NCBI RefSeq assembly: GCF_037042905.1
Contig: NC_087245.1
Location: 30,816,001-30,880,000, forward strand
Reading direction: 5' to 3'
Source of the DNA: Lytechinus pictus
Lineage: Eukaryota
Length of the DNA: 64,000 nucleotides
The notes beneath the pieces are model-generated. The model was not told the DNA's origin and did not search any database. It saw only the letters and a program-made list of their open reading frames with translations. This document shows positions 26,101 to 37,914 of this stretch, in pieces. The first letter of the stretch is position 1, and each line of letters begins with the position of its first letter. A program made the position numbers and the translations under genes.

Positions 26101-27612
26101 AATATAATTATTTTTAGATATTTTTTACAGTCGCTTTCGCAAATTTATCTGTCTCCTTTTCGATAATTTCCACAGAAAACAAATTCATTCTAATTTATCG
26201 CTCTGTGAAGTAATGCGATTCCTACGGATAAACACATCAGAGCAAGTAAAGTCTAATGAATCCGAACCAAACAATACTCCAACCGGCCGATTAAAACGAC
26301 CTCGAAAACATTCTGATTGTGTTACATGGCAGGAGAACTGCGCAATCGTCGGGAACTCGGGCATTCTATTGGGCAGCGAGTGTGGTGACGTCATCGATTC
26401 TGCGCAGTACGTCATCCGACTGAATTTGGCTGACGTTGGCGAGAGATTCCAACATGACGTTGGCTCCAAGATTGACGTCATGACAATGAATCATGAGCAG
26501 ATGTCATTGCTAACATCATGTATACCATCATCCCGTGGAAGAAAACCATCCAAGAACTGTAATGATCTGATGAAAGGAATGAACATATTCAAGCAACATA
26601 ACAGAACCCTTTGGTTCTTCAAAACGTGTTCTTTTATTGAGGAAATAAAGGAGGTGTTGGGTCTAATTCATGTGAAGAAGGGATGGGATTTTAGGTTCGC
26701 ATACAGTCCGGGATTTCCCATGAAAGCAGCGAAAAGGTAAGATCAAGAATGAGACCCATGGGATTTTCATGATTATTTCGGGATCTTTCGATTTTTGTTC
26801 ACAAATATTGCTAATTCAAGCTGGGAAAGCATACGATCTTTCTTCCTCAAAGTCGTTTGAATGATCTTCAAATTGCCACCTAAGATGTTTCGGCTTACAA
26901 ATATTTCAACTCAAGTTTACCTTCACTATGTACTGTGGCTGGCTCAAAGACAGAGCCTTGGGCGTCTATAGTCTTCAATCTAGACCTGTTATTGGTTGAA
27001 GTGTCAAATATGAGTATGTGCTTGCAGAATAGATTGAAATCGCACCTCTGAATATTTTTTATGTTTGACGGGGAGCTTCCTCAGTTGTTGATGGCTAAAC
27101 TTTCAAAAGAAAATCCTGTATTTTTGTCTTCCCTTTCTGCCCTTTACTTCACCCTTTTACCCTCCCCCATTTTAATCTCCTTTTTTGCGTCTTCTGAAGG
27201 TAGTGCTAAAAGTATGCACCCACTATTCCCTAAAAGATACATCGCAGGCAGACGTTACCCGTCATCAACCCCTTTTGTTGCTTTTTCTTTTTCTTATTTG
27301 ATTTTTTTAATAATTATTCCTAGGTTACTTGGAGTGCGAATCCCATCATCTGGCTTTGCTGCGTATGTCGCAGCCACCCAATTCTGCCGGGAGATCTCTC
27401 TGTACGGGTTCTACCCGTTCAACCAGACAGGAGGAGCGTCCATCTTAAATCATTATTATGACAAACAACGTAGATCAGGCGCGAAGGTGAAGAAAGTCGG
27501 CCCATCTAAAAACGTACATGACATGCCGTTGGAATATAAACTTCTGACTGATTTGCATAAGCGAGGGGCAATACGTTTGCGAAACGATTGCAAGTCCCAA
27601 AATGTTTCTTGA
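22986..27612 (+). CDS. ST8SIA: Alpha-2,8-sialyltransferase-like (GT29, ST8Sia family), 362 aa; join(22986-23140,24247-24330,26176-26736,27324-27612)
   Basis: Type II membrane anchor ([19 protein letters not shown]); sialylmotif [21 protein letters not shown]...[12 protein letters not shown]; motif [27 protein letters not shown]; motif III HYYD; motif VS HDMPLE; C-terminal Cys. All three introns are phase 2 GT-AG; total 1089 nt including stop. Confidence 0.9.
23761..23938. repeat. 89-bp tandem duplication
   Basis: 23761-23849 and 23850-23938 differ at about 2 positions. Confidence 0.9.
24247..24330 (+). CDS. ST8SIA: ST8Sia exon 2 (stem region, ...AASAIR)
   Basis: ctcccag acceptor, AG|GTAAAA donor, 84 nt open and phase-preserving; could be skipped without frameshift. 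Confidence 0.65.
25345..25399. mobile_element. 55-bp minimal hAT-like element
   Basis: 19-bp perfect TIR catagagatgtatactaat; exact 8-bp TSD gatgaatg. Confidence 0.85.
25415..25810. mobile_element. GC-rich inverted-repeat MITE remnant
   Basis: gccggtgtagcggcggatc vs gatctgccgctacatcggc inverted arms around an AT-rich core. Confidence 0.55.
26176..26736 (+). CDS. ST8SIA: ST8Sia exon 3 (sialylmotif L)
   Basis: ttccacag acceptor, AG|GTAAGA donor, 561 nt. Confidence 0.92.
27324..27612 (+). CDS. ST8SIA: ST8Sia exon 4 (motifs S, III, VS; stop)
   Basis: ttcctag acceptor; TGA at 27610-27612. Confidence 0.92.
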
Positions 27613-27641
27613 TGACTACCACAAAAACCATAAGAAGTCTC

Positions 27642-27869
27642 CGTTGGCGGCGGAAGTCAAAACATTTAGGGGGGACCACCAAAAATTTTTGACAAGCAAC
27701 AAAAAAAAACAAAAAAAGTTTAATATCAACTAAAATTTTAGGGGGAGGCCGACAAAAAATTTTGACAAGCAAAAAAAAAAAAAAAAAAAAAACGAAAAAT
27801 TTAGGGGGGGAGATCGTCCCCCACCTGAAATTTAGGGGGGACACGTCCCCCCCGCTTCCGCCGCCTATG
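27642..27869. mobile_element. hAT-like MITE 30 bp after the ST8Sia stop
   Basis: ggcggcggaag / cttccgccgcctatg TIRs; exact 8-bp TSD gaagtctc. Confidence 0.88.
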
Positions 27870-28394
27870 GAAGTCTCTACTTCCCGCTCCTTAAGCACAA
27901 AAAAACAGAGACAAACACAGATATCAAAACACGAATGAAATTAATTTTGATATCAGAATGTGAAAAGAAATACACCACGGTTGGATTGTTATGTATACTT
28001 GGAGTTCCACAAGAATGTGCTTTCGTTCCCTCATCTTTCTTCAACATACTGCTGATATAACATACGACGGGCAATTATGATATGAGCGATTGTATTGACA
28101 CTTAGCACGATACTTTAAGTTAAGTCTGTTCTCGGGTAGTGAATGACAAATTGTCGTTGACAAATTTAGCCAATACAAGATACTAGTAACCCATGTAAAA
28201 TACTTGTTTTAGTTAACACTATTTAAATGTTATTTATAGTATTCTTTATCAAGGCCCATATATTCAGGGTATATCTTATTCAAACAATCTTTTGATGTTA
28301 TTTTCCCCGGTCTTTTACCATGGGATTTTCTGTGCTTCTCCTTCAAACGGCAATTTATTCTATTATCAATTCATCCGAATCACCGCACTCATTT

Positions 28395-30139
28395 AACAAG
28401 TGGAACGTCTCTGGAAGTCTCGCCTGCATTACGCGATTCAATATAGCAGCAGTGCTGACTATATGAAAACGACTATTGAATAATTATTCACAAGAAACAC
28501 CGTTCATAATTATGTTAATAAAACACTATATTCATTTACCCTAAATAACCTTTGACGTTGATCATGTTACAAAAGACTCAGAGATACTTGATTACCCTTT
28601 CATTCTTGTTTCATGAACAGGATCCATAAACTTTCAGTTATGATGGCTGTGGCGTGTGATACGTCGAATAATTAAACAAAACCCAAGAATCAGACCGAGT
28701 CCAGTGTGTTGATGATTGTGTGCACAATGCGACTGGTTCAATATGCAATTTAATACAGAATAAACAGTAAATGTATAAACTGAATCGACAACATGTCATA
28801 TCATATTACATAATGTCTACATATTTTCAAAAGCGGCAAATAATGTTGACTTGCATTACAACTTTAAATATTCAACAACCAAGAATGACCTGACATGCTT
28901 CAAGGTCATATCAAGTATTAGCATACTGTAAATGCCATGTATTGATTAATGTATCCTAAATTCACCTTTTTTTGTAAAACAGCTTTCATAATATCAACTA
29001 CGACTTTAAATGCGTTTCTGTTTACTTCTTTATGTTTACGTGGTATATGACAATGCATTCATCACGTGCCCGAAGGCGCCAAATTCAAGTTTCTTGCCTA
29101 TGCACAACCACGCCACGTACGAATGTATATGCTCTCTATTACGTAATGCATGCACGTACACGTACTATGCAGTGTTTTCAATCATGTGAAATAATTCACT
29201 CGGCCTATGATATCTTTGACACATTAATTTAATTTCTTAAAACCATATTTCACCTGACACTCATTAAATGATAACATAGCTAATAAACATGAAGATAACA
29301 AAATAATACTCACGTCATTGGGTTCGTATCACGAATTTGAACAAATAAACGGCAACAATGGAAAAGCAACACGCTTCCCATGACCAGACATAAAAGCAAT
29401 ATGCCCTCAATCGGATAAATTCACATCTATATCATCGATTTACAAGATGAAACAAAGAAAGTCATCTTAACAAATTGAGAAATTACTAAAAACTTCATTC
29501 TGTACACAATGACAATTTATCAATACCCCTAACATGGCCATAGTTCATTGACCTTAAAGGACCTTCTACCATGATCATGTGACCGGAAACTCGCACAGGA
29601 TGTAGAGGGATATTTGATTATTCTTATACCCAAGTTTCATTAACTAGATCCATAAACTTTCAAAGTTATGATGGCAATTCAACAATTACCCCAACATGAC
29701 CAAAGTTCGTTGACCCTGAAAGACCGTTGACCTTGATCATGTGACCTGAAACTCAGGCAAGATGTTCAGTGATACACCATTACCCTTGTGTCAAGTTTCA
29801 TGAACTAGATCCATAAACTTTAAAGTTATGACGAAATTGCAAAAACTTAACCTTGGTTAAGATTTCGATGTTGATTATCCCAACATGGTCCAAGTCCATT
29901 GACCCTAAATGACCTTTGACCTTAATCATGTGACCTGAAATTCGACAATGATATTCAGTAATAATTGATTATCATTGTGTCTAAGTTTCATTAATTAGGT
30001 CCATATACCTTTTAATTCATGAGGACATTTAAAAAACATAGGCTTGTTTAAGATTTCAATTTGACGACGCCGCCGTCGCCGCTGCCGTCGAAAAGGCGGT
30101 GCCTATACTCTCGCTTTGTTATGCAGATGAGACAAAAAA
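28395..30139. mobile_element. Helentron-associated (HINE/DINE-1-like) non-autonomous element with internal tandem repeats
   Basis: aacaag start; subterminal IR gtctcgcctgcat (28417) / atgcagatgagac (30121) followed by A6; ~160-190-bp tgacc...aagtttcatgaactagatccata units. Confidence 0.65.
28648..29508. mobile_element. Probable solo LTR inserted in the HINE repeat unit
   Basis: TGTG...CACA termini; 5-bp TSD atggc/atgac; removal restores the gttatgatggcaatt unit seen at 29665. Confidence 0.6.
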
Positions 30140-30225
30140 CGATTCTTCATTATCTTTAAATCACCTACCAAATAATACACAGATCCTTACCAAATATATT
30201 GCATCACTAGGTCTGCTACTACTAC

Positions 30226-30372
30226 GTACGCAGGATCTTTGAAAGGAGGTGGGAGTTCAAGCTGAAAGAAATGTTGACAACCGCCCCCCCCCCCAAAAAA
30301 AAAAGAAGGGGGGGTTGGGTATCAAAAAATGTATGGGGGATGAACACCTGTCACCCCCATCGTACGCCACTG
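30226..30372. mobile_element. hAT-like MITE, left end decayed
   Basis: Right end cgtacgccactg followed by actacttc; embedded in (TAC)n. Confidence 0.55.
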
Positions 30373-30395
30373 ACTACTTCTACTACTACTACTAC

Positions 30396-30430
<35 letters not shown>

Positions 30431-30434
30431 ATAT

Positions 30435-31941
30435 GGTTTATTTCTGATACGTCTAATGCCAATTCGTCCAATTGCCAACTCGTCTACTATCATTTGGTCT
30501 ACCATCAGTTCGTACACTCACAACATGGTCTACTTTCATATAGTCTGATGCCATTCAGTCTTATTAACAGCTGGTCCGATAGCCATTTAGTCCATATACC
30601 ATTTAGTCTAATTGGATTAAGTGTTATTGTGCAAAATGAATGAAAATAAAATAAACTCCTAAAAAAAAGTTTGGAAATCTGACTTTGATCGATAATTCCT
30701 CCTCGGTTTTAGTATATATCAATGTGTAATTAATATCAATGAATAGATCATTTAATTTTCTTTAAAATGATACCCTACATGATATGATTATGGTTCACAT
30801 GGAGGTGTAGTGCCTTGAAATGTGGGGCAAGGTCCAAATTCAAAAGTTGCAAAATGTCACAATAATGAAAGTCACTGTTCTTTTTTCCGTGGTGATGAGT
30901 GAGTTTCTCAGCGGTTTCTTTTGACTTTGATCGATAATCCCTCCTCGGTTTTAGTAAATATCAATGTGTAATTAATATCAATGAATAGATCATTTAGTTC
31001 TGTTTAAGATGATACCCTACATGATATGATCATGGCTCACATGGAGGCAGTGCCTTGAAATGTGGGACAAAGTCAAATATTCAAAAGTTGCACAATGACA
31101 CAATATTGAAAGTCACTGAGGGAGTCTCTCAGCGGTTTCTTTTAACTGTTTTCATGCACCTTAACATCCACATTAACATGGAATCAATCAAACACACCTC
31201 TGCACAAGCAAACACACAGCAAACAAACAAACATGCATGGGTTTTTCAAACCACGACTCAAACCATGTTATCTCACAGAACCATCACAACATAAACCACA
31301 ACAAAACATATAAAATTAGGAAGCAGGGGCTTGATTTTGAATGGATTTTCATCTCTATTGACACAGATAAAAGAATCATGTTCTGTATTGACCCGTCATC
31401 ACTATTTCTGCTTGTTTTGCAGCTTTTCAATTCAGACCTCACCCAACACTTTTGAATCCTGCTCTTTTCGTAATGGTATGATCATAACAAGCATAGTATC
31501 ATTTTAAAGAAAATTAAATGATCTTTTGAATGATATTAAATATGCATTGTGTAAAATTGGGAGTTGGGAGAAATTAATGGTCAAATTCAGATTTCCAAAC
31601 TTTCTTTGCTCGTTTTGCAGCTTTTCAATTCAGACCTCATCCAACACTTGAATCCTGCTCTTTTCATGATGGCATGATCATAACAAGCATAGTATCATTT
31701 TAAATTGTGTGGAATTGGGAGTTGGGAGAAATTAATGGCCAAACTCAGATTTCCAAACTTTTTTTGAGGGGTTTAGATATTAGACCAAATGGTAATGAGA
31801 CGAAATGGCCATGGATGAAATAGTGATTAGACGAACTGATGATTAGACCAAACGGTTGTAAGACGAAATGTTGATGAACGGATCGGCATTAGACTAAATG
31901 AAAGTAGACCATGTGGTGAGTGGTCTACTTGGCAAATTACC
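30435..31941. mobile_element. Foldback element with degenerate 15-16-bp repeat arms
   Basis: Left ..cgtcta/ggtcta units, right tagacg/tagacc units; GG...CC termini; TSD actaatat/actactat (7/8). Confidence 0.75.
30654..31773. mobile_element. TA-flanked TIR element nested in the foldback; contains two internal direct duplications
   Basis: ta|aactcctaaaaaaaagtttggaaatctga ... tcagatttccaaactttttttgaggggtt|ta; duplications at 30679/30922 and 31410/31610. Confidence 0.8.
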
Positions 31942-31979
31942 ACTACTATTACCACCACCACCACTACTACTACTACTAC

Positions 31980-32203
31980 CAGTGGCGGATCTACAGGGTA
32001 GGGGGTCTAACCCCCCCCCCCCCTTGTGCTGCCAAGTAAAAACAAAATAATGAGCTACATTTTTTTTTTGCTTGTAAAAAAAAACTTATGGGTACTAAAA
32101 TGACCTTCATTTGGTAGTGAAACCTTTTTGATTGTCTTTTTTTTGCTTGTCAAATTTCTCGATCAAACCCCCTCCTTGGAAAAAAAGCAAGATCCGCCCC
32201 CTG
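31980..32203. mobile_element. hAT-like MITE
   Basis: cagtggcggatct / agatccgccccctg; TSD actactac/actacttc. Confidence 0.8.
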
Positions 32204-32272
32204 ACTACTTCTATTACTACCCTACTACTACTACTACTACTACTACTGCTGCTGCTACTACTTCTACAACTA

Positions 32273-32308
<36 letters not shown>

Positions 32309-32326
32309 GCTACTACTACTACTACT
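32204..32326. repeat. (TAC)n microsatellite, left flank of the large foldback
   Basis: Visible. Confidence 0.95.
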
Positions 32327-32487
32327 AGAGCAGGAGCCAGGAGGGGTCAGCATAGCTGAAAAGGTAGACAATTTTCATGTTAATGACGTGATTCCCCATA
32401 TCACACAATGCAATGTATGGGGCGTCTGCCGTGTCCTAAGTGGTGGATGTGGCCGTAGGGGCCCTAAAAAGAGGCCCCAAAATTGAG

Positions 32488-33880
32488 CTAGATCAGCTGG
32501 AAAAGTAACCACCTGAAACCAACAGGAAAATGTTCGACATAGTTCACTTGTACATGAATGATACTTAACTGACACTTTAAGTGGTGGGGCACCCCCGGCA
32601 GACGCCCCCAATTGGGGGCCCCAAATTGAGCTAGATCAGCTGGAAAGGTAACCACTTGAAACCAACAGGATAATGTTCGGCATAGCTCACTTGTATATGA
32701 ATGACACTTAACTGACACTTTAAGTGGTGGGGCACCCCCGGCAGACGCCCCCAATTGGGGGCCCCAAATTGAGCTAGATCAGCTGGAAAGGTAACCACTT
32801 GAAACCAACAGGATAATGTTCGGCATAGCTCACTTGTATATGAATGACACTTAACTGACACTTTGAGTGGTGGGGCACCCCCGGCAGACGCCCCCAATTG
32901 GGGGCCCCAAATTGAGCTAGATCAGCTGGAAAGGTAACCACTTGAAACCAACAGGATAATGTTCGGCATAGCTCACTTGTATATGAATGACACTTAACTG
33001 ACACTTTAAGTGATGGGGCGCCCCCGGCAGACGCCCCCCAAACCCCGCCCCCTCCCAAATTTAGCTAGATCAGCTGGAAAGGTAACCACCTGAAACCAAC
33101 AGGAAAATGTTCGACATAGTTCACTTGTACATGAATGATACTTAACTGACACTTTAAGTGGTGGGGCACCCCCGGCAGACGCCCCCAATTGGGGCCCCCA
33201 AATTGAGCTAGATCAGCTGGAAAGGTAACCACTTGAAACCAACAGGATAATGTTCGGCATAGCTCACTTGTATATGAATGACACTTAACTGACACTTTAA
33301 GTGGTGGGGCGCCCCCGGCAGACGCCCCAAACCCCGCCCCCTCCCAAATTTAGCTAGATCAGCTGGCAAAGTAACCACCTGAAACAAACAGGAAAATGTT
33401 CGGAACAGTTCACTTGTACATGAATGACACTTAACTGACACTTTAAGTGGTGGGGCACCCCCGGCAGACGCCCCCAATTGGGGGCCCCAAATTGAGCTAG
33501 ATCAGCTGGCAAGGTAACCACTTGAAACCAACAGGAAAATGTTTGGCATAGTTTACTTGTACATGAATAATTCATAACTGACACTTTAAGTGGTGAGACG
33601 CCCCCGGCAGACGCCCCCCCCCCCCCAATATTGAGCTAGATTAGCTGACAAGGTAACCACATGAAACCAACATGAAAATGTTTGGCATAGTTCACTTGTA
33701 CATGAATGACACTTAACTGACACTTTCAGTGGTAGGGCACCCCCGCCAGATGCTCCCAAAATCCTGAACCCCCCCCCCCCCAACAATGTTGAGCTAGATC
33801 AGCTGGCAAGCTAAGGTACCCACATGAAACTACCAGGAAAATGTTTGACATAGTCCACTGTTACATGAATGACACCTTAA
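32488..33880. repeat. Left 143-bp tandem array (~10 units)
   Basis: ctagatcagctgg recurs at 32488, 32631, 32774, 32917, 33065, 33208, 33354 and onward. Confidence 0.95.
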
Positions 33881-34426
33881 GTGATGCTCCAGGCTGAAAA
33901 TAATATGAATTAAACAGATAAAGAAAAATCAAACAAACAAATCACTGAGAATTTGATCAAAATCTGACAAGGAATAACAACGAATGGCATTTAGAGATTT
34001 GCATTATTCATGTGAAATAGTTCTAGGCATGTGTTCATGAATATTACATGAGTAAATTGATGTCATATCACCACTTGTTCTTTTATATGTTATTATATGA
34101 AATTAGGTTGTTGTTTTTTCTACCAAGAACTGAAAAAAATTGGATTGACAACTGATTTAAGGCATTATATATTTATTTCTGCAACTCATTTCATTATGAC
34201 GGAGACATACATGTGTCATAAAAAAATGAAACATTTATGATTTCAAGATTGTAATAACATAAGAAAAACGAAAGTGGGGACGTGACATCATCAGCCCAAC
34301 TAATGAATATTCATGATGGTGTGCATATAACTATTTTCACAAAATATTGCTAAACTTTAAAATTCAATAACTTAGTTATTTGTTATCTGATTTTGTTGAA
34401 ATTTTCAGCATTGTGCTCTGTGAATT
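33881..34426. mobile_element. Kolobok-like MITE, right end deleted, inserted at the TTAA of a 143-bp unit
   Basis: gacacc-ttaa|gtgatgctccaggctgaaaa; the repeat resumes at ~34427 (gcactttgagtggtgggg). Confidence 0.75.
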
Positions 34427-36700
34427 GGCACTTTGAGTGGTGGGGAGCCCGGGAGATGCCCCCAAATCCCGACCCCCCCCCCGGAAAGATTATTAACAAC
34501 ATGAAACCAATTAGAAAATATTCTACATGAGTTGTGCTGTTGAGGAGCTGGGAGTAGTAGATTGAGACTGAATCTGATGTTATACTTTTTTCAATTTCAT
34601 TTTATCCATTCCATGTTTCCCATCATGTACTCATCTCCACTATCAAATACGAGGACACCTATGCTACAAACGTTTTATGAAAAAGGAATGGATACATATT
34701 CCTTTTTTCATAACTTAATAATTCAATGAATGAGTATGAATTAGAATTTTAAATAAAATGATAAGTTAAAAGAGGACTAGGAAAAGGAAGGGAATCGGAA
34801 GGGGAAGAATGAGAAAGAGGTTACGAATGGAAAAAGAGAAACGGAACATAAGAGGAAACCAGAAAAATAATAAATAACCTTCACACCGGGCCTTCACACC
34901 TCCATTGCTTCAATGCAAACAAAAATGAATGCGAATAAAGCAGAAATTCGACATGACCTTAAGAAGTAAGAAGTCAAACATCATTTCATTTTTCTGATAA
35001 AACATATTGCCCTGCATTAGAAAACAGTAGGAACATATCTCATTTTCTGAACGCTTAAATGCATTCCTATATACACATCAATACATGTTACGTAAATACA
35101 ATTTAAGGACGTTCCACAGTTATGTTTGTGCGCATCTTGATTTGCGCACTATGGATGGACAGGTGATTAATCAGCTGTAGGTATGAGCCGATTTTACTCA
35201 TTATACACTCTAACTGCAGATCCAATGTTTTATTTTATGAAGCTAATAAACTGGAATTATTCCATAGACCAATTCCTAAAAATACTTCTACAAAGTAGTG
35301 CTGTAAAGTATAATGAACATTACCCCGAGTTTGAATAAATGGTAGAGTGGTTTCAAATTTTTACTCACACAGATACAAAGCATTTGGCGCATTTTTGTAG
35401 TTTTAAAAAGCACATTTGCTCTGATAAAAGTGCTGACAGTTTGAAAACAAGCACATGAACCTCTATTTTCAACGTTTGCACCTCTTAGGTATACCTTCCT
35501 CTACAACTTTGCAAAGTTTGGTGAAAATGACATGGGGTTTGAATAAAGTGCAGCATTTATTGTACTTTTCAAGTTTGTTATTGAAATCTCAGTCTCACAG
35601 ACTGGGTTTTTGTTATCTTTCACCGTATTTTAAGATCTGACAGTGCTGTTTAGATTTAAATGAGCAAACAAATAGCAATATAAATAGATTCTCCATCTTG
35701 AGCATACAATTATTAACTATATTTCAAAATTTGATGAAATTTTCATGGATTTTGACTGAGTAATAGAGGTTTAAACTGATTGTATTGATCGCGTTTGGTC
35801 TAAAAATGCTTATTTCGTTTAAATGCGCAATTCTTAAAAAAACATCCATTTGGGTAAAATGCCCTGAACGTATTGGTGATCATAACCAAAATTATATGGT
35901 ATATGTATATTGTGGATGAGGTTCAGCTCTTTTTTTATGTACTACTGTACATATATTATCAATATCAGATAAGATAAGTGGCTGAAAACGGAAAGGCAGA
36001 AGAGATACCTTTTTCACTTATGACTTACATAAAAGTCGTAAGTAATATAATTAAAAAATGATACAATTATGAAACGATTATCTAAAGTTAAAAATTAGTC
36101 CAGTCAATTTCAGAATGAAAATGCATGAAGATTATAAAAAAAAACAGCAATCAATGAACCTTCTTGTGTTATTGCATGTTACTGTTGACACATTCACACA
36201 GACACACACAAATCTTAATTTGTTTGTAGTTAGCAAGGCAATTTCTCCAGTCTCGTGAAAGTGAAAGAAAAGGGGGAAAAGAGGAAGGGGAGAGGGAAAG
36301 CAAGAACATACAAAAGGGAAAACGAAAGGAAATCGGGAAAAGGAAAGAAAAACTCTTGAGAAAAAAACAAATTATCGTAAAATACTAATAGGCTACACTA
36401 GCATGTTTGGTAAAAAAAGTCAAATAAATGACAAAATTGAACATAAAAGGAAAAGAAAGAGGCAAATATAAGCAGAAAATGACGGTAAAATGGAATGAGC
36501 CAAAAGCTAAATTTGAAAATGAAGAAAAGGGACAGGCAAGAAAAAAAAAAGAGAACTTAAAAACACGACCGGTCTGCCGAGGATTAAAAACAAAGAACGG
36601 GAAGAAAAATGTATGCCATATAACACTGTGTATGAAGTCTATTTTAAACTTGATCAATTTAATGCAGTAATGGTCGCAACCAGGACAAACAAAGTCCTAG

Positions 36701-37224
36701 TCCCGGGGGGGGGGGGGGCACTCGACCAAAAAAGTAGTAGGTATGTGCCGCGGGCAAGACAAAAAACGGGGGCCTTGGAGTGGGCTTATTGTAAAAAGGA
36801 GGTTCCTCGGAATGGGCTTCGGAACTACAAATGTTTGTGTAAACGGGGGTCCTTGGAACGGGTCGCCTTCTAGGAGCGTATATAGCATCCCTATGGAACG
36901 TGCATGCAGCTAGCCCGGCGGCACGACTTCCTTGCACGCTAGCGCAGAGGCGATGGTCGGACAGTGAGCTGCGGCCGCTTTTCACCAAAATTGCGACCAG
37001 AACGGCGTAACGGAAAATATGCGAAGCTTTGGAGCGGATTTCTTTCTTCTTTTTTCTCGATAAGAAGAAAATGCTATGGTTTGGAGCGGCTTTCTTTGTT
37101 CTTTTTCTCAATAAGACAAAAATGCTATGCCCTGGAACGGAAATTTGAGTGTAAAAATGGGGGTCCCCTCTGCGGCACATTGCATTGTATGCATTATATA
37201 CTGAGTGTGCCCCCCCCCCCCGAG
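36701..37224. mobile_element. Unclassified MITE with poly-G/poly-C TIRs inside the large foldback
   Basis: cccg(g)n-cactc / gagtgtg(c)n-g; flanking duplication (ag)tcctag, TSD length ambiguous (6-8 bp). Confidence 0.7.
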
Positions 37225-37914
37225 TCCTAGGCCAAGGTCTAGACACATCCTCCTATATATTTATGTTATATATCCCTACCTATTAAGTAAGCTTTACGCT
37301 GGCAAGAGTTACCGTAAAAAGCTTCTTAATGTCTACAATCTCAAAAGCTACCGGGGACTTTGCCCCAGACCTCATGCAGCAGGGGCTCTTCATCTGTAAC
37401 CTCCAAAGGGCCCTATATAACGGGGCACCTGTATGGACCTTCCTGCATTGAGCTTTATGTTGACGCACTGGCGTATATGGGGTGGGGGGCTTGGTTCCAC
37501 AGCCGGGGGGGGGGGAGAAAATAATGATGACAAGGACAGGAAATGAATGGGGGGGGGGGAATGAAATAATTATATGTAATAAATAATTATGATATATAAT
37601 GTAAAAAGCTATCACATAATTAGAATTTCATTTCAATTGGCCATTTTTTCTGGCTCGCTTTTCTCGCTGGCAACAATATCCCACATTTTATATATGTGCC
37701 ACCTCAAAATATTTGGTTTATTATGCAACTGCGTTGAAGTAATGTGTTGTGTAAATGGTATACCTGGGATTTATTCTATAAGGTTTAAAATGGCTTCATA
37801 TAAAGAGGTAACAAGGGTTCCGCCCCCGGACCCCACCCGCATATCACTAGCACACAGATGGAAGAGTTCTACAAATAAGAACAAAAAGAAAAGGATAGTA
37901 AAAGTAAGAATTTC

